A DNA stretch of 64,000 nt. Origin: Hydrurus foetidus. Its lineage: Eukaryota. Under the pieces are notes generated by a model. The model was not told the DNA's origin. It was given only the letters and a program-made list of their open reading frames with translations, and ran no database searches. Below, one piece after another: positions 12,063-22,100 of this stretch (position 1 is its first letter; each line of letters opens with the position of its first letter). Made by a program: the position numbers and the translations under genes. Location of the stretch: assembly GCA_900617105.1 (NCBI GenBank), contig UYFQ01000001.1, forward strand, positions 3,472,001 to 3,536,000. The letters run 5' to 3'.

Positions 12063-12341
12063 ATGAATGAGGCACTGGCGCAGTTCTTTTTAAGTGGTCG
12101 CGTAGTCGATGTAGCCATAGCTATTACGCTGCTCGAGGGCTTGGCGTTAGCGGCCTACCACCGCGCGACAGGCCGAGGTGTTGCACCCGCAAACTTTGCT
12201 ATCAATATGGCGTCGGGCTTGTGCTTGATGCTGGCCCTGCGCGCTGCTTTAACGGGATCAAACTGGATGGTGGTGGCGCTGTTTTTAAGTGCATCTGGCG
12301 CAGTGCACGCAGTGGATATCTGGCGTCGCTGGCAGCGGTAG
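12063..12341 (+). CDS. Small hydrophobic membrane protein, function unknown
   Basis: 92 aa with about three hydrophobic stretches; co-oriented directly after bchP. Confidence 0.7.
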   Translation: MNEALAQFFLSGRVVDVAIAITLLEGLALAAYHRATGRGVAPANFAINMASGLCLMLALRAALTGSNWMVVALFLSASGAVHAVDIWRRWQR

Positions 12342-12485
12342 TTACGCCAGCTTAAGGTCTAGGTTCAATCGCAATCGAACTAACCATTGCAAAATATTCT
12401 CACCGTAGCAGGGTTGTGCACCGACGTGAATATTTGGGAATGGGAGCAAGCCGCCAAGCAAACGCCCGGCCGCTTGCTCAACGCA

Positions 12486-12803
12486 TTACGCTGCTTTTTT
12501 AACGTAGGCGCTGCACCAGCCGGCGGCTGCTACTTGCTTGCCTGCAAACAGCGGGCACGGGCCAGCGGCTTCTTTGGCTTTGCCGGCGTACAACTGGCAG
12601 TTGCCGCAGTTTTGTTCTTTGGCGTGCTTCGGGTACTTCTTGGCGTCTACCTTGGTGGTGTTGGCAACGTAACCCAGGCCAACGGCTGCCGGGTCTTTTT
12701 CGTCGACCATGGCTGGGGCTTGCGCCAAGGCTTGGGTGGCTGCGCCGGTGGCGGCTGAAATGGCTACTAGCTGCATGAAAATGCGGCGATTGCTGGTGGT
12801 CAT
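12486..12803 (-). CDS. High-potential iron-sulfur protein (HiPIP), Tat-exported
   Basis: SNRRIFM twin-arginine signal; DPAAVGLGYV, CGNCQLY...CPLFAGKQVAAAGWCSAY four-Cys HiPIP pattern. Confidence 0.93.
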   Translation of the reverse strand: MTTSNRRIFMQLVAISAATGAATQALAQAPAMVDEKDPAAVGLGYVANTTKVDAKKYPKHAKEQNCGNCQLYAGKAKEAAGPCPLFAGKQVAAAGWCSAYVKKAA

Positions 12804-12967
12804 GATGATTACAGGTTAGTTACAGAAACTCAAACTATGCCATAAATGACTGCTGGGTTCAGATAGATACCCCATAGTCGCAGCAGGCAGATCAACTATC
12901 TGCAGGCGTTTTCAGGGGTTTTCTGTGCGCTATGGGGCCATATTTTCAAGCAAATAATCAGTTTTAA

Positions 12968-13007
12968 CCAATAAATACGGGCGCGAGCAGCTACTGTAAT
13001 AATAGCA
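12968..13007 (-). repeat. Family A repeat (intergenic)
   Basis: CCAATAAATACGGGCGCGAGCAGCTACTGTAATAATAGCA, the reverse complement of the reference copy. Confidence 0.85.
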
Positions 13008-13009
13008 GT

Positions 13010-14338
13010 TTAATGCTGCTTCACGGCCGGGGCGGGTGCTTTGCGCGCCTCGTACCGGCGCATCAGCGGGGTCACCGACACCCCATGCACCACCACCGAG
13101 CACACCACCACCGCCAGCGTTACCGACAGCAGTTGCTGCGCCAGGCCGCGCTCCAGGCCATGGTTAATGGCGTACAGCAAGTAGTAAAGCGAGCCAATAC
13201 CGCGAATGCCAAACCACGCCATTAAAGCCCTCTGGCCCGGTTTGGCGTCTGTGCCCAGCAAGCCAATGGCTACAGCTACCGGGCGAATTACCAAAAACAG
13301 CAGCGGCACAAACCACAAAAACCGCACGTCAAACTTCACGCTGGCCAGCAACACGCCCACCACCAGCACCATGGCCACTTCAGCAAAGCTGTCGAGCTGG
13401 CTGTTAAAGCGTTCCACCTGCCGCATCATGTGGGCGGGGGCCTGGCTGCCCGTGGCGCGGGCGTCTTCGGCGCTCAGGTCTGGAGGCGCGGCTGGTGCAG
13501 TTGGCGCGGTGACAGCCTTGTGGTCGTCAATGCGCCGCAGCGCGACACCCGCCGCAAAAACCGCCAGAAACCCATAGGTGTTGCACAGCAGCGCCACGCC
13601 GTAGGTCAGCGCAATTAACCCCAGTGCAATGAATTCGTCCGAGCCCAGCGCCTCCCGGTGCTGGGTGCGCAAATAAATAATCGCCCGGCCCACCAAAGCG
13701 CCCAGTACATAACCAATGCCCAAGCCACCCGCTACCGCCCACAGCACATCAATGGCCCACCAGCGCCACCCGTTGTCACCTAGCTCATGCAGCCCCAACA
13801 GGCCCAGCCCGAGCATGACAAACGGGAAAGCCGTGCCATCGTTGAGCCCGCCTTCACCCGTTAACCCTAGCCGCAAGCGGTCGCGGTCGGTTATGTCCGC
13901 CATCTGCACATCAGACGCCAGCACCGGGTCAGTCGGCGCCAAAATACCGCCCAGCAACACCGCAGCGCCTATCGGCAAATTCAGCAGCCACATGCCAGCA
14001 ACCGTGATTAAGCCCACGGTAATCACCATCGACACGGTGGCCAGCTGCACCGGTATGCGCCAGCGGCTGTCTTTTTTCTTCAGCTCAAACTTCATGCCAA
14101 CAGTAAACAGCGAAATCAGCAGCGCGACCTCTGCCAGCCGCTCTAGCAACAGCGTGTTTTTAAAAACATCAAGCTTGAGCAAATGCCAGCCCAACGGGCC
14201 AATGGCCACGCCCGCGGCCAAGTACAGCATGGCAGCGCTCATAGGCAGCCGGGCAATAAAAGAGCCGCCCAGGGTTTTAGCGATCAGCAGCACGCCAAAC
14301 ACAATGCAGCCCAACGTGAAGGCTTCGTTGGCGTTCAT
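13010..14338 (-). CDS. Cation:proton antiporter (CPA1/NhaP-like)
   Basis: Polytopic membrane protein with LAPTDPVLASDV, GEGGLNDG and WFGIRGIGS motifs. Confidence 0.88.
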   Translation of the reverse strand: MNANEAFTLGCIVFGVLLIAKTLGGSFIARLPMSAAMLYLAAGVAIGPLGWHLLKLDVFKNTLLLERLAEVALLISLFTVGMKFELKKKDSRWRIPVQLATVSMVITVGLITVAGMWLLNLPIGAAVLLGGILAPTDPVLASDVQMADITDRDRLRLGLTGEGGLNDGTAFPFVMLGLGLLGLHELGDNGWRWWAIDVLWAVAGGLGIGYVLGALVGRAIIYLRTQHREALGSDEFIALGLIALTYGVALLCNTYGFLAVFAAGVALRRIDDHKAVTAPTAPAAPPDLSAEDARATGSQAPAHMMRQVERFNSQLDSFAEVAMVLVVGVLLASVKFDVRFLWFVPLLFLVIRPVAVAIGLLGTDAKPGQRALMAWFGIRGIGSLYYLLYAINHGLERGLAQQLLSVTLAVVVCSVVVHGVSVTPLMRRYEARKAPAPAVKQH

Positions 14339-14400
14339 CCACCAAGGCTAGTTGCAAATCGCGCGCAGCAGTGTGCAGCACTTACCTCGTTAGCTGTAGG

Positions 14401-14928
14401 TCACCAGCCCGAGAGTTTTTTCATGCTGAAGTGCACGTCTGGCGAATCAGGCGGGGCGCTGGCGCTGGTGTCTTTCCACACGCCGGTGACTTCGCGGCCG
14501 CAGGTGCCTTCCGTCAGCTGGCCGTTCCACGTGCCTGAAATGCTGGTGTTGTTGCTGGACTCGTCCAAAATAACAAAGCCGTCTTCCACGTCGCCCGCCA
14601 GCGCAGCTTTGGCGGCGTGGCCATCTTTGGCGTTTTGCGGCGCGGGCAGCTTGCGCGTGACCAGGCCTTGCAGGCTGTCAGAAAATTCTTCGTGCTTTTC
14701 CAGCAGCAGGGTGGCGTAGGCGGGCAGGCCAGCGGGCGGTTGAAAGAAGGTGACCTGCCACAGGCCGTACAGCTGCGGGGCTTTGATGTCTTTGACGGCT
14801 GCGCAGGCTGCTTTGGGTGTTTGAGGCGCTTTTTGAGTGCTATTTTGAGCTGTAGCCCAATGAGTGTGGGCGCAAGCAGCTACTATAAATATAGCGATTG
14901 ATTTGTATCGGCCTCGCTTCATGGTCAC
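14401..14928 (-). CDS. Exported hypothetical protein; signal peptide overlaps a family A repeat
   Basis: Coupled to the rep stop codon; N-terminus KRGRYKSIAIFIVAACAHTHWATA-QN resembles a Sec signal peptide. Confidence 0.75.
   Translation of the reverse strand: MTMKRGRYKSIAIFIVAACAHTHWATAQNSTQKAPQTPKAACAAVKDIKAPQLYGLWQVTFFQPPAGLPAYATLLLEKHEEFSDSLQGLVTRKLPAPQNAKDGHAAKAALAGDVEDGFVILDESSNNTSISGTWNGQLTEGTCGREVTGVWKDTSASAPPDSPDVHFSMKKLSGW
14849..14896 (-). repeat. Family A repeat, in frame inside a CDS
   Basis: GCTGTAGCCCAATGAGTGTGGGCGCAAGCAGCTACTATAAATATAGCG, read as AIFIVAACAHTHWATA. Confidence 0.85.
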
Positions 14929-17096
14929 TCCCAGGCCGGCACTTCGGGGGCTTTCGCAGGTGATTGGGCATCGAGCTGCATCGCCTCCTTCGTACCTTGC
15001 GTACCTTGCGCTGCTTGCGCTGCCTGCGCCGCAGCGCCCGCCGCGCGCTGGGCAAACTCGGCTCGCAACGCTTTGATTTTTTCTCGCGGGTCTTCGCGCA
15101 CGGTCTCTTTGTTCAACGCCATCTCGGCGATAAATCGGCTGGGCAGCCCGGCAATGGTGTCGCGGCCTTTTTTGCGGCGGCGTAGCCAGTTCACGGCCAG
15201 CGTGCGCTGCGCGCGTGTGATGCCGACGTACATCAGGCGGCGTTCTTCTTGCAAGCGCAGGACGATGTCTTCTTCGCTCCCGTCTTCCATTTTAAAAGGC
15301 AGCAGCCCTTCGTTCACGCCCGCCAGCACCACGTGCGGCCACTCGAGCCCCTTGGCGGCGTGCAGGGTTGACAGCGTGACGACGTTTTGGTCACCTTCAC
15401 GTTCGCTCAGGGTTGATAGCAGGGCGATGCTTTGCACGACTTCCAGCATGGTCTTGGTCGGCGCGGTGATGACATTGCCGATCGCCTCTTCATCGTCCTG
15501 CCCACCGCAGCGCTGCGCCATCCACTCGCAAAAATCCATCACGTTGGTCCATTTGGCGGCGGCGATTTTTTCGCTGTCTTCACCGTCGTACAGGTTTTTT
15601 TCGTAATCGATTTCTTTCAGCCAGTCTTTTAAAAACACCAGCGCGTCCTCTGCGCCAACAGTACGCTTGGCGCGGTATTCCAGGTCATTCAGGTAGCGGC
15701 CAAATTCATGCAGGCTGGCCACGGCTTTGGCGGGCAAAACCGAGCTGAGCGAGTTGCTGAACAGCGCTTCAAACAAGCTCAATTTGTACTGGCTGGCAAA
15801 CGTTCCCAGCCCACCTAGTGTGGTGTGGCCAATGCCGCGCTTGGGCGTGGTCACGGCGCGCATAAAGGCTGGGTCGTCGTCGTTGTTGGCCAACAGGCGC
15901 AACCAGCAGCACAGGTCTTTGATTTCTGCCCGGTCAAAAAAGCTTTGCCCGCCCGACACCTTGTACGGAATGTTGGCTTTGCGAAAGGCTTTTTCAAACG
16001 GCTTGGCCATGTGGTTGGCGCGGTACAGCACGCAAAAGTCCTTCCACTCGCGGTACTGCCCGCCTGCAGCTTGCAGCGTGCCTTCAGCCCGCAGGCTCTG
16101 GATGCGCGCCACCACTCTAGAGGCCTCGTGCTCTTCACTGTCGCAATCAACTACGCGCACAGGCTCGCCTTCACCTAACTCGCTGAACAATGTTTTAGGG
16201 AACAGCTTGGGATTCGGGGCAATCACGTTGTTGGCCGCGCGCAAAATGGCGCTGGTCGAGCGGTAGTTTTGCTCCAATTTGACGACCTTCAAATTCGGGT
16301 AGTCAACCGGCAGCTTTTTCAAATTGTCGAGTGTCGCGCCGCGCCAGCCGTAAATCGACTGGTCATCGTCACCCACAGCGGTGAACCTGCCGCGCTCGCC
16401 GACCAGGCACTTCAGCACTTCGTACTGCGTGGCATTGGTGTCCTGGTATTCATCGACCAGCACGTGGCCAAGGGATTCTTGCCATTTGGTACGCACCGCA
16501 TCATGCTCTTGCAGCAGCTTAAGCGGCAGGCCAATCAAGTCATCAAAATCCACACTCTGGTAGGCCGTCAAACGCTCTTCATACCGCGCCATGATGCGGG
16601 CGGTTAGCGCTTCTTCTTCACCACTGGCAATTTTTGATGCTTGTTCGCTGTTCAGCCCCATGTTCTTCCAGCGGCTGATCGTCCATTGCCATTGCCGGGC
16701 CGTGGCTGCGTCAGTTCCGCCACCCGCGTCTTTGATGATGCTGGTCACGTCGTCGGTGTCCAAAATTGAAAACTGCTTTTTTAACCCCAGCACCTCCCCG
16801 TCTTGCCGCAGCATGCGCATGCCCAGCGAGTGAAAGGTGCAAATCAGCACGCCCTTTGCAGAGCGGCCCATCAGCTTTTTAGCTCGCTCCCGCATCTCGG
16901 CTGCGGCTTTGTTCGTAAAGGTAATGGCAGCAATTTGCTCGGCCTTCAGGCCTGACTGAATCAGCCGCCCAATCTTGTGCGTAATCACCCGCGTCTTGCC
17001 CGAGCCAGCACCGGCCAGCACCAGGCAAGGGCCTTCAAAATAGTTAACAGCTTCTTGTTGCGCCAGGTTCAGGCCATCGGCCAATGCTTCGAACAT
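14925..17096 (-). CDS. rep: ATP-dependent DNA helicase Rep (UvrD family)
   Basis: LVLAGAGSGKTRVIT, VDEYQDTN, VGDDDQSIYGWRGA, LSTLHAAKGLEW, EERRLMYVGITRA. Start set at ATG 17096. Confidence 0.9.
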   Translation of the reverse strand: MFEALADGLNLAQQEAVNYFEGPCLVLAGAGSGKTRVITHKIGRLIQSGLKAEQIAAITFTNKAAAEMRERAKKLMGRSAKGVLICTFHSLGMRMLRQDGEVLGLKKQFSILDTDDVTSIIKDAGGGTDAATARQWQWTISRWKNMGLNSEQASKIASGEEEALTARIMARYEERLTAYQSVDFDDLIGLPLKLLQEHDAVRTKWQESLGHVLVDEYQDTNATQYEVLKCLVGERGRFTAVGDDDQSIYGWRGATLDNLKKLPVDYPNLKVVKLEQNYRSTSAILRAANNVIAPNPKLFPKTLFSELGEGEPVRVVDCDSEEHEASRVVARIQSLRAEGTLQAAGGQYREWKDFCVLYRANHMAKPFEKAFRKANIPYKVSGGQSFFDRAEIKDLCCWLRLLANNDDDPAFMRAVTTPKRGIGHTTLGGLGTFASQYKLSLFEALFSNSLSSVLPAKAVASLHEFGRYLNDLEYRAKRTVGAEDALVFLKDWLKEIDYEKNLYDGEDSEKIAAAKWTNVMDFCEWMAQRCGGQDDEEAIGNVITAPTKTMLEVVQSIALLSTLSEREGDQNVVTLSTLHAAKGLEWPHVVLAGVNEGLLPFKMEDGSEEDIVLRLQEERRLMYVGITRAQRTLAVNWLRRRKKGRDTIAGLPSRFIAEMALNKETVREDPREKIKALRAEFAQRAAGAAAQAAQAAQGTQGTKEAMQLDAQSPAKAPEVPAWE

Positions 17097-17256
17097 TCGG
17101 TGGGAGTCGATTCGGGGAGTTGGTTTTGCCGGGAAGGCAGTGAAAAACTTCAAAAAATGATGCCTGGAATCATAACGGGCGACTTTTATGCATATTCACT
17201 GTTGTAACAAGCAATGTGCACAAAAGAGGCGGCTCATGCCTTCGCCTTGCTGATAC

Positions 17257-17850
17257 TTAGTTTCCAGTTTTACCAAATAGCTTGACAAAAGCGGTGTGTT
17301 TGGCCGCAATCCATGTCTGGGTCAAGTCGTTATTGGCTTCCAGCGCCGCATAAATCTCACGTACCAAGTCGCTGGTAACGGTTTTGGCACTCAGCATTTT
17401 TTTCATCAACTCGGGTCCGTGCCAAATATCAATGTCCAGCATATTGGCCAGCTCATGCATTCCCAAGTCGTCTGTCACCACAATAGCCGGGCGAATTTGC
17501 CCAAAAGCCAATACACGGCAATCAACATAGGAGGGTGGGGAGCGGCCTTTAGTCATGAATCTGGCGGCATCCATTTGAACCAAGCCATGCAGCACGCTTG
17601 CAGCTGCTGCCAGTTTGGCTTTCTCTTCCATATTCAAATGCGGCGAGTGTGCCAGTCGTTCGTCTGCCAAGTTAACGGTGTCAAACCAAGGGTAGATGTA
17701 TTTGAGGCGAGGGCTGCGGAGCACCTCATCCTCAACGTCCCTCAAGATGGTCAGTACGTAATCTTTTTGACCAAACTTCTTGCCGAGCAACGGCTGTACG
17801 CGCTTGGCCAGCCGCAGGTACGTATTCGTGTCAAGCAGGACCAGCGTCAA
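17257..17850 (-). CDS. PIN-like domain protein (putative nuclease toxin)
   Basis: LVLLDTN N-terminal strand, a later VD..VLA helix and IVVTDD; TTG start overlaps the upstream stop (TTGA). Confidence 0.65.
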   Translation of the reverse strand: MTLVLLDTNTYLRLAKRVQPLLGKKFGQKDYVLTILRDVEDEVLRSPRLKYIYPWFDTVNLADERLAHSPHLNMEEKAKLAAAASVLHGLVQMDAARFMTKGRSPPSYVDCRVLAFGQIRPAIVVTDDLGMHELANMLDIDIWHGPELMKKMLSAKTVTSDLVREIYAALEANNDLTQTWIAAKHTAFVKLFGKTGN

Positions 17851-18980
17851 TGTTTTGACTCGCCAGCGAGTGCATGGTGCAGGGCGGTGGCATCGCGTAG
17901 CCCTACATCCAGCACCTGCTGTACGTACCCGACCCCAGTTCCTTTGTCTATTAGCAGTGCGCGCAGTGCAATGTAGAACCCGGACGAAAACAGATTCTCG
18001 GTGACGGCAATCAGCCCCTCCGCATTGGGCGGCATAGGCTTGAAAAGTGCTTCGCTCACCAAGCCGTTGTGCTGGCTGTTTCTAACAGCGTGAACTTGCG
18101 CGTCTGACAGTTCCAGTAGATTCAGCCCTTTGGCTTGCGCCAAGTTTTGCACTTGCCGGAACACCGTGTAAAGAGAAATTGAATGTGTTTGCGCGTGCGC
18201 CAACAACGCCAGGATCCTCCCTTGCACCCCACGAGCCTTCACGGCCTGCGCATACGCCACTTCAGCGCAGTCCTGCGGAAAAAGCAGAGCCCCTGCGAAA
18301 GCATCAGCAAAATCCTCTCCTTTTTCGGAGCCAGCAAGTTCTGGCGTGTACACATGCGCAAGCTCATGCGCCATCCAGAATTTAAAGTCTTCCAGATGCG
18401 TATCAAGGTTCAGGTAGACAAACGTCACGTTTTTTTCTGGCAACAAAATATGCAACGCGTTTTTGTGGTTCCGCCTTTCCCCCCAAAGCGTAGGCACCAA
18501 CAATGCGTCGTTGTCTTTGAATTCTTTGATCAGATGTTTGTACTCAAGGATGGCGCGCTTGCCAATACCCAGCTTTTCGCGCACCTGAGCAACAGCGGTC
18601 TGTAGCAAATGATGGTCTGTCGATGGCCCAGGCAAAGACGTATGAAGCGCGCGCATTTCAGGCAGGTAGTTCACCAGCGGCTTGAGCAGTTCCGCCATGA
18701 CTCTGGCTTTGGCAATATGTTCGTCTGTGGTTTTTGACCCTGCCTTCTTGCGAAAAGCTATAACGGGCTGATTGGTATCTGGCATGACCAATTGGTCAAA
18801 ACTCAGCATCAATGTGGTGGCCAGCTTGAGTAATTTTTGCGGGCGCGGGAAATGCGTGCCTTTAAGCCAATGCGACACCACCTGAGCTGATTCGCCAATT
18901 TCAGCAGCTAGTTGGTCTTGGCTCCATCCGCGTGCTGCCAACGCGGTTTTTATGGATTCGCTGTGGATAACTCTCTGCAT
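17847..18980 (-). CDS. XRE-family HTH fused to an ImmA/IrrE-type zinc metallopeptidase
   Basis: N-terminal WSQDQLAAEIGESAQVVSHWLKG HTH; FWMAHELAHV (HExxH) followed by EDFADAFAGALLFP. Confidence 0.85.
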   Translation of the reverse strand: MQRVIHSESIKTALAARGWSQDQLAAEIGESAQVVSHWLKGTHFPRPQKLLKLATTLMLSFDQLVMPDTNQPVIAFRKKAGSKTTDEHIAKARVMAELLKPLVNYLPEMRALHTSLPGPSTDHHLLQTAVAQVREKLGIGKRAILEYKHLIKEFKDNDALLVPTLWGERRNHKNALHILLPEKNVTFVYLNLDTHLEDFKFWMAHELAHVYTPELAGSEKGEDFADAFAGALLFPQDCAEVAYAQAVKARGVQGRILALLAHAQTHSISLYTVFRQVQNLAQAKGLNLLELSDAQVHAVRNSQHNGLVSEALFKPMPPNAEGLIAVTENLFSSGFYIALRALLIDKGTGVGYVQQVLDVGLRDATALHHALAGESKH

Positions 18981-19115
18981 AGGCTGTGAATTATGGTTGA
19001 AAACAACCCTTGAATCAAGTTTTATCAAGTTTTGTGGTTTTTTGGTGTTGCTTGTAGAAAGAGATCTGCACCGTAAGCCGCATCACAATACAAGCCAAAG
19101 GGCAAAACAACAACC

Positions 19116-22100
19116 ATGGCAAAACCAAATTTACTGGCCAGCTTTTTGAGCGCTGCCAAAAGCGTCCACAGCACGGGCGGCGGCACCAAAGAAACGTCTT
19201 ACTACACCGCCATCAACAACCTGCTGGACGGTGCGGGGCATTTGCTAAAGCCCAAAGTGCGTTGCGTCATGCAGCTTAAAAACCTGGGCGCTGGCAACCC
19301 CGATGGCGGATTGTTCACGGCTGACCAGTTTGACCGCAAAACGGGCAGCGCCAAAGACCTGGGCCAGCCATCACGCGGAGTGATTGAGGTCAAAGCCCCG
19401 GCTGAACCTGTCGATGACACTGCGACCACCGTGCAAATTACCAAATACTGGGACCGCTACAAGCTGGTGCTGGTGACCAACCTGCGCGACTGGCTGCTGC
19501 TGGGCGAGCGGGGTGGCCAGCGCGTGACGCTAGAACGGTTTAGTTTGGCGGCTGATGAATCCAGCTTCTGGGCGATGGCCAACCAGCCTACGAAGGCACA
19601 AACAGAACGGGGCGAAGCATTTGAAGATTTCCTGGCACGTGTACTGCAGCACAACGCACCGCTGGCCGCGCCCAAAGACTTGGCTTTTTTACTGGCCAGC
19701 TACGCGCGCGAAGCGCGGCATCGGGTGGAGCACGCCAGCCCGGTAGCGGCCAAGCAGCTTGACGGTCTGCAAAAAAGTCTGGAGCAGTCGCTGGGGGTGA
19801 CCTTCAACGCCAGTGAAGGTGGTCATTTCTTTCGCTCAACGCTGGTACAAACGCTGTTTTATGGCGTGTTTTCAGCCTGGGTTTTGCGCAGGGAACAAGC
19901 CGCGCCCGGCCAGGCGCTAGGCCCCTTCGACTGGAAAAGCGCCGCCCATTCGCTAAACGTGCCCATGATTGCCGCCCTGTTTGGCCAGCTCTCACAGCCC
20001 GCCAAACTCAAAGCGCTTAATTTGACCGAAGTGCTTGACTGGGCGACCGATGCGCTGAATCGGGTTGACGAGGCCGCGTTTTTTAAAACCTTTGAGTCCA
20101 CCCGGTCCATTCAATACTTTTACGAACCGTTTTTAGCTGCGTTTGACCCAGAGCTGCGCAAAAAACTCGGCGTTTGGTACACGCCTGAAGAAATCGTCAA
20201 GTACCAGGTGGCCCGGGTTGACCAGGTGCTGCAAACCGAGTTAGGCCTGCCCGACGGCCTGGCTGACCCCAATGTGGTGGTGCTAGACCCCTGCTGCGGC
20301 ACCGGCGCGTATTTGGTTGAAGTGCTGCGCGTGATTGGTGACAAGCTCAAAAACCAGGGCGCTGACGCACTGGCTGCGCACCAGCTCAAGCTGGCGGCCA
20401 CCACCCGGCTGTTTGGCTTTGAACTGCTGCCTGCCCCCTACGTGGTGGCGCATTTGCAAATTGGCCTGTTACTGCGCCAACTGGGCGCACCGCTGGGCCA
20501 CAACGCAGACGGCACCGACGAGCGCGCAGGCGTGTACCTGACCAACGCGCTAACAGGCTGGGAGCCCGCCAAGGAGCCGAAAAGCGCGGTGCTGCCCTTC
20601 CCCGAGTTTGAGCTGGAGCGTGACGCGGCTGACCACGTCAAGCAAACCCAAAAAATCATCGTCATCATTGGCAACCCGCCGTACAGCGCTTTCACTGGTG
20701 TGGCTCCGCAGGGTGAAGAGCGTGATCTTGTTGCCCCCTACAAAGAAGGGTTGATTACCAAGTGGGGCATCAAAAAGTTCAACCTGGACGATTTGTATGT
20801 GCGCTTTTTTAGGCTGGCGGAACGGCGAATTGCAGAAATGGGCGGGCGCGGCGTTGTCAGCTTCATTTCAAACTATTCATGGACTTCAGAGCCATCCTAC
20901 GTAGTTCTCCGCGAGCGTTTGCTCCACAACTTTGACAAGTTCTGGATTGAGAACATGCACGGAAATCGCAATATTTCTGAATATGCACCAGACGGCAAAA
21001 GCAGTGAAACTGTTTTTGCACAAGACGGCTTTTCTCCCGGTATCAGGCAGGGCGTCGTCATATCAACCTGGGTTAAGACGGGTAAACCAGATGTGCCTAA
21101 GCAGGTTTTTTATTGCGACTCCTTTGACCAGTCTAAAGCCGCAGATCGACGTCAAGCCTTACTCAACAGCCTGGAAAATCCAGAGCGCGATGCCATTTAT
21201 GTTCAAGCTTCTCCTGCGTCTAGCAACAAACTCAACTTCAAACCCAGCGATGTCGGCAGCGCCTTTGCAACTTGGCCAACGCTGGCTGAGCTGGCAGGCG
21301 AAGCGCCGATCAATGGCTTGATGGAAAAGCGTGGCGGGGCCTTGATTGATATGAATAAAGCGCAGCTTGAAAAACGAATGCGCGCTTATTTCGATGTAGA
21401 TATTTCAGATGAAGCCGTATCTGAACTTCATCCTGCGCTGATGAGCGACGCCGCTAGATTCGATGCAAAGCAGACACGACAAAAGCTGAAAAAGTCGGAA
21501 AAGTTCTCGGAAATCCGATTGCAGAGATATTCTGCGCGTGCATTTGACACTCGTTTCGCTTACTACACCCCTTCAAGGCCGCTATGGAACGAGCCGCGCC
21601 CAGTGCTTTGGCAGCAGCACGCGCCAGGAAACCGTTACCTCGTCAGCCGCCCAGCAGGTGTGGCCAATCCCGAGGGCTACCCGCTGATATTCACGCGCTG
21701 CCTTGGCGACAACGATGCCCTGCGAGGCCATGCTTATTACATTCCGCTGAGCTGGCACGCAGCCAAAAGCGAAGACATGTTTGCTACTGCCAACGAAGCG
21801 CCAATCAGCACGGCCAACCTGTCTGGCCTTGCCCGCGCTTATCTTGCCACCCTGAACCTCCCCAACCCAGACACCGACCCCAACACCGCCGAACTCATCT
21901 GGATGCACGCCCTGGCCATTGGCTACAGCCCAGCTTATTTGGCAGACAACGCCGACGGCATTCGTGAAAACTGGCCACGCATTCCCCTGCCCGCCACGCG
22001 TGAGGCTTTGCTCACATCTGCCGCACTGGGCCGTGAAGTAGCCGCACTGCTGGATACCGAAACGCCCGTACCCGGTGTGACCAGCGGCACGGTGCGGCCA

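Noticed and set aside
14991..15036. 9-bp quasi-repeats at the 3' end of rep (AAQAAQAAQGTQGT)
   Set aside because: Ordinary slippage in a low-complexity C-terminal tail.
18962..18970. Perfect DnaA box TGTGGATAA
   Set aside because: Isolated and inside the start of the XRE-peptidase coding sequence; chance occurrence is likely.
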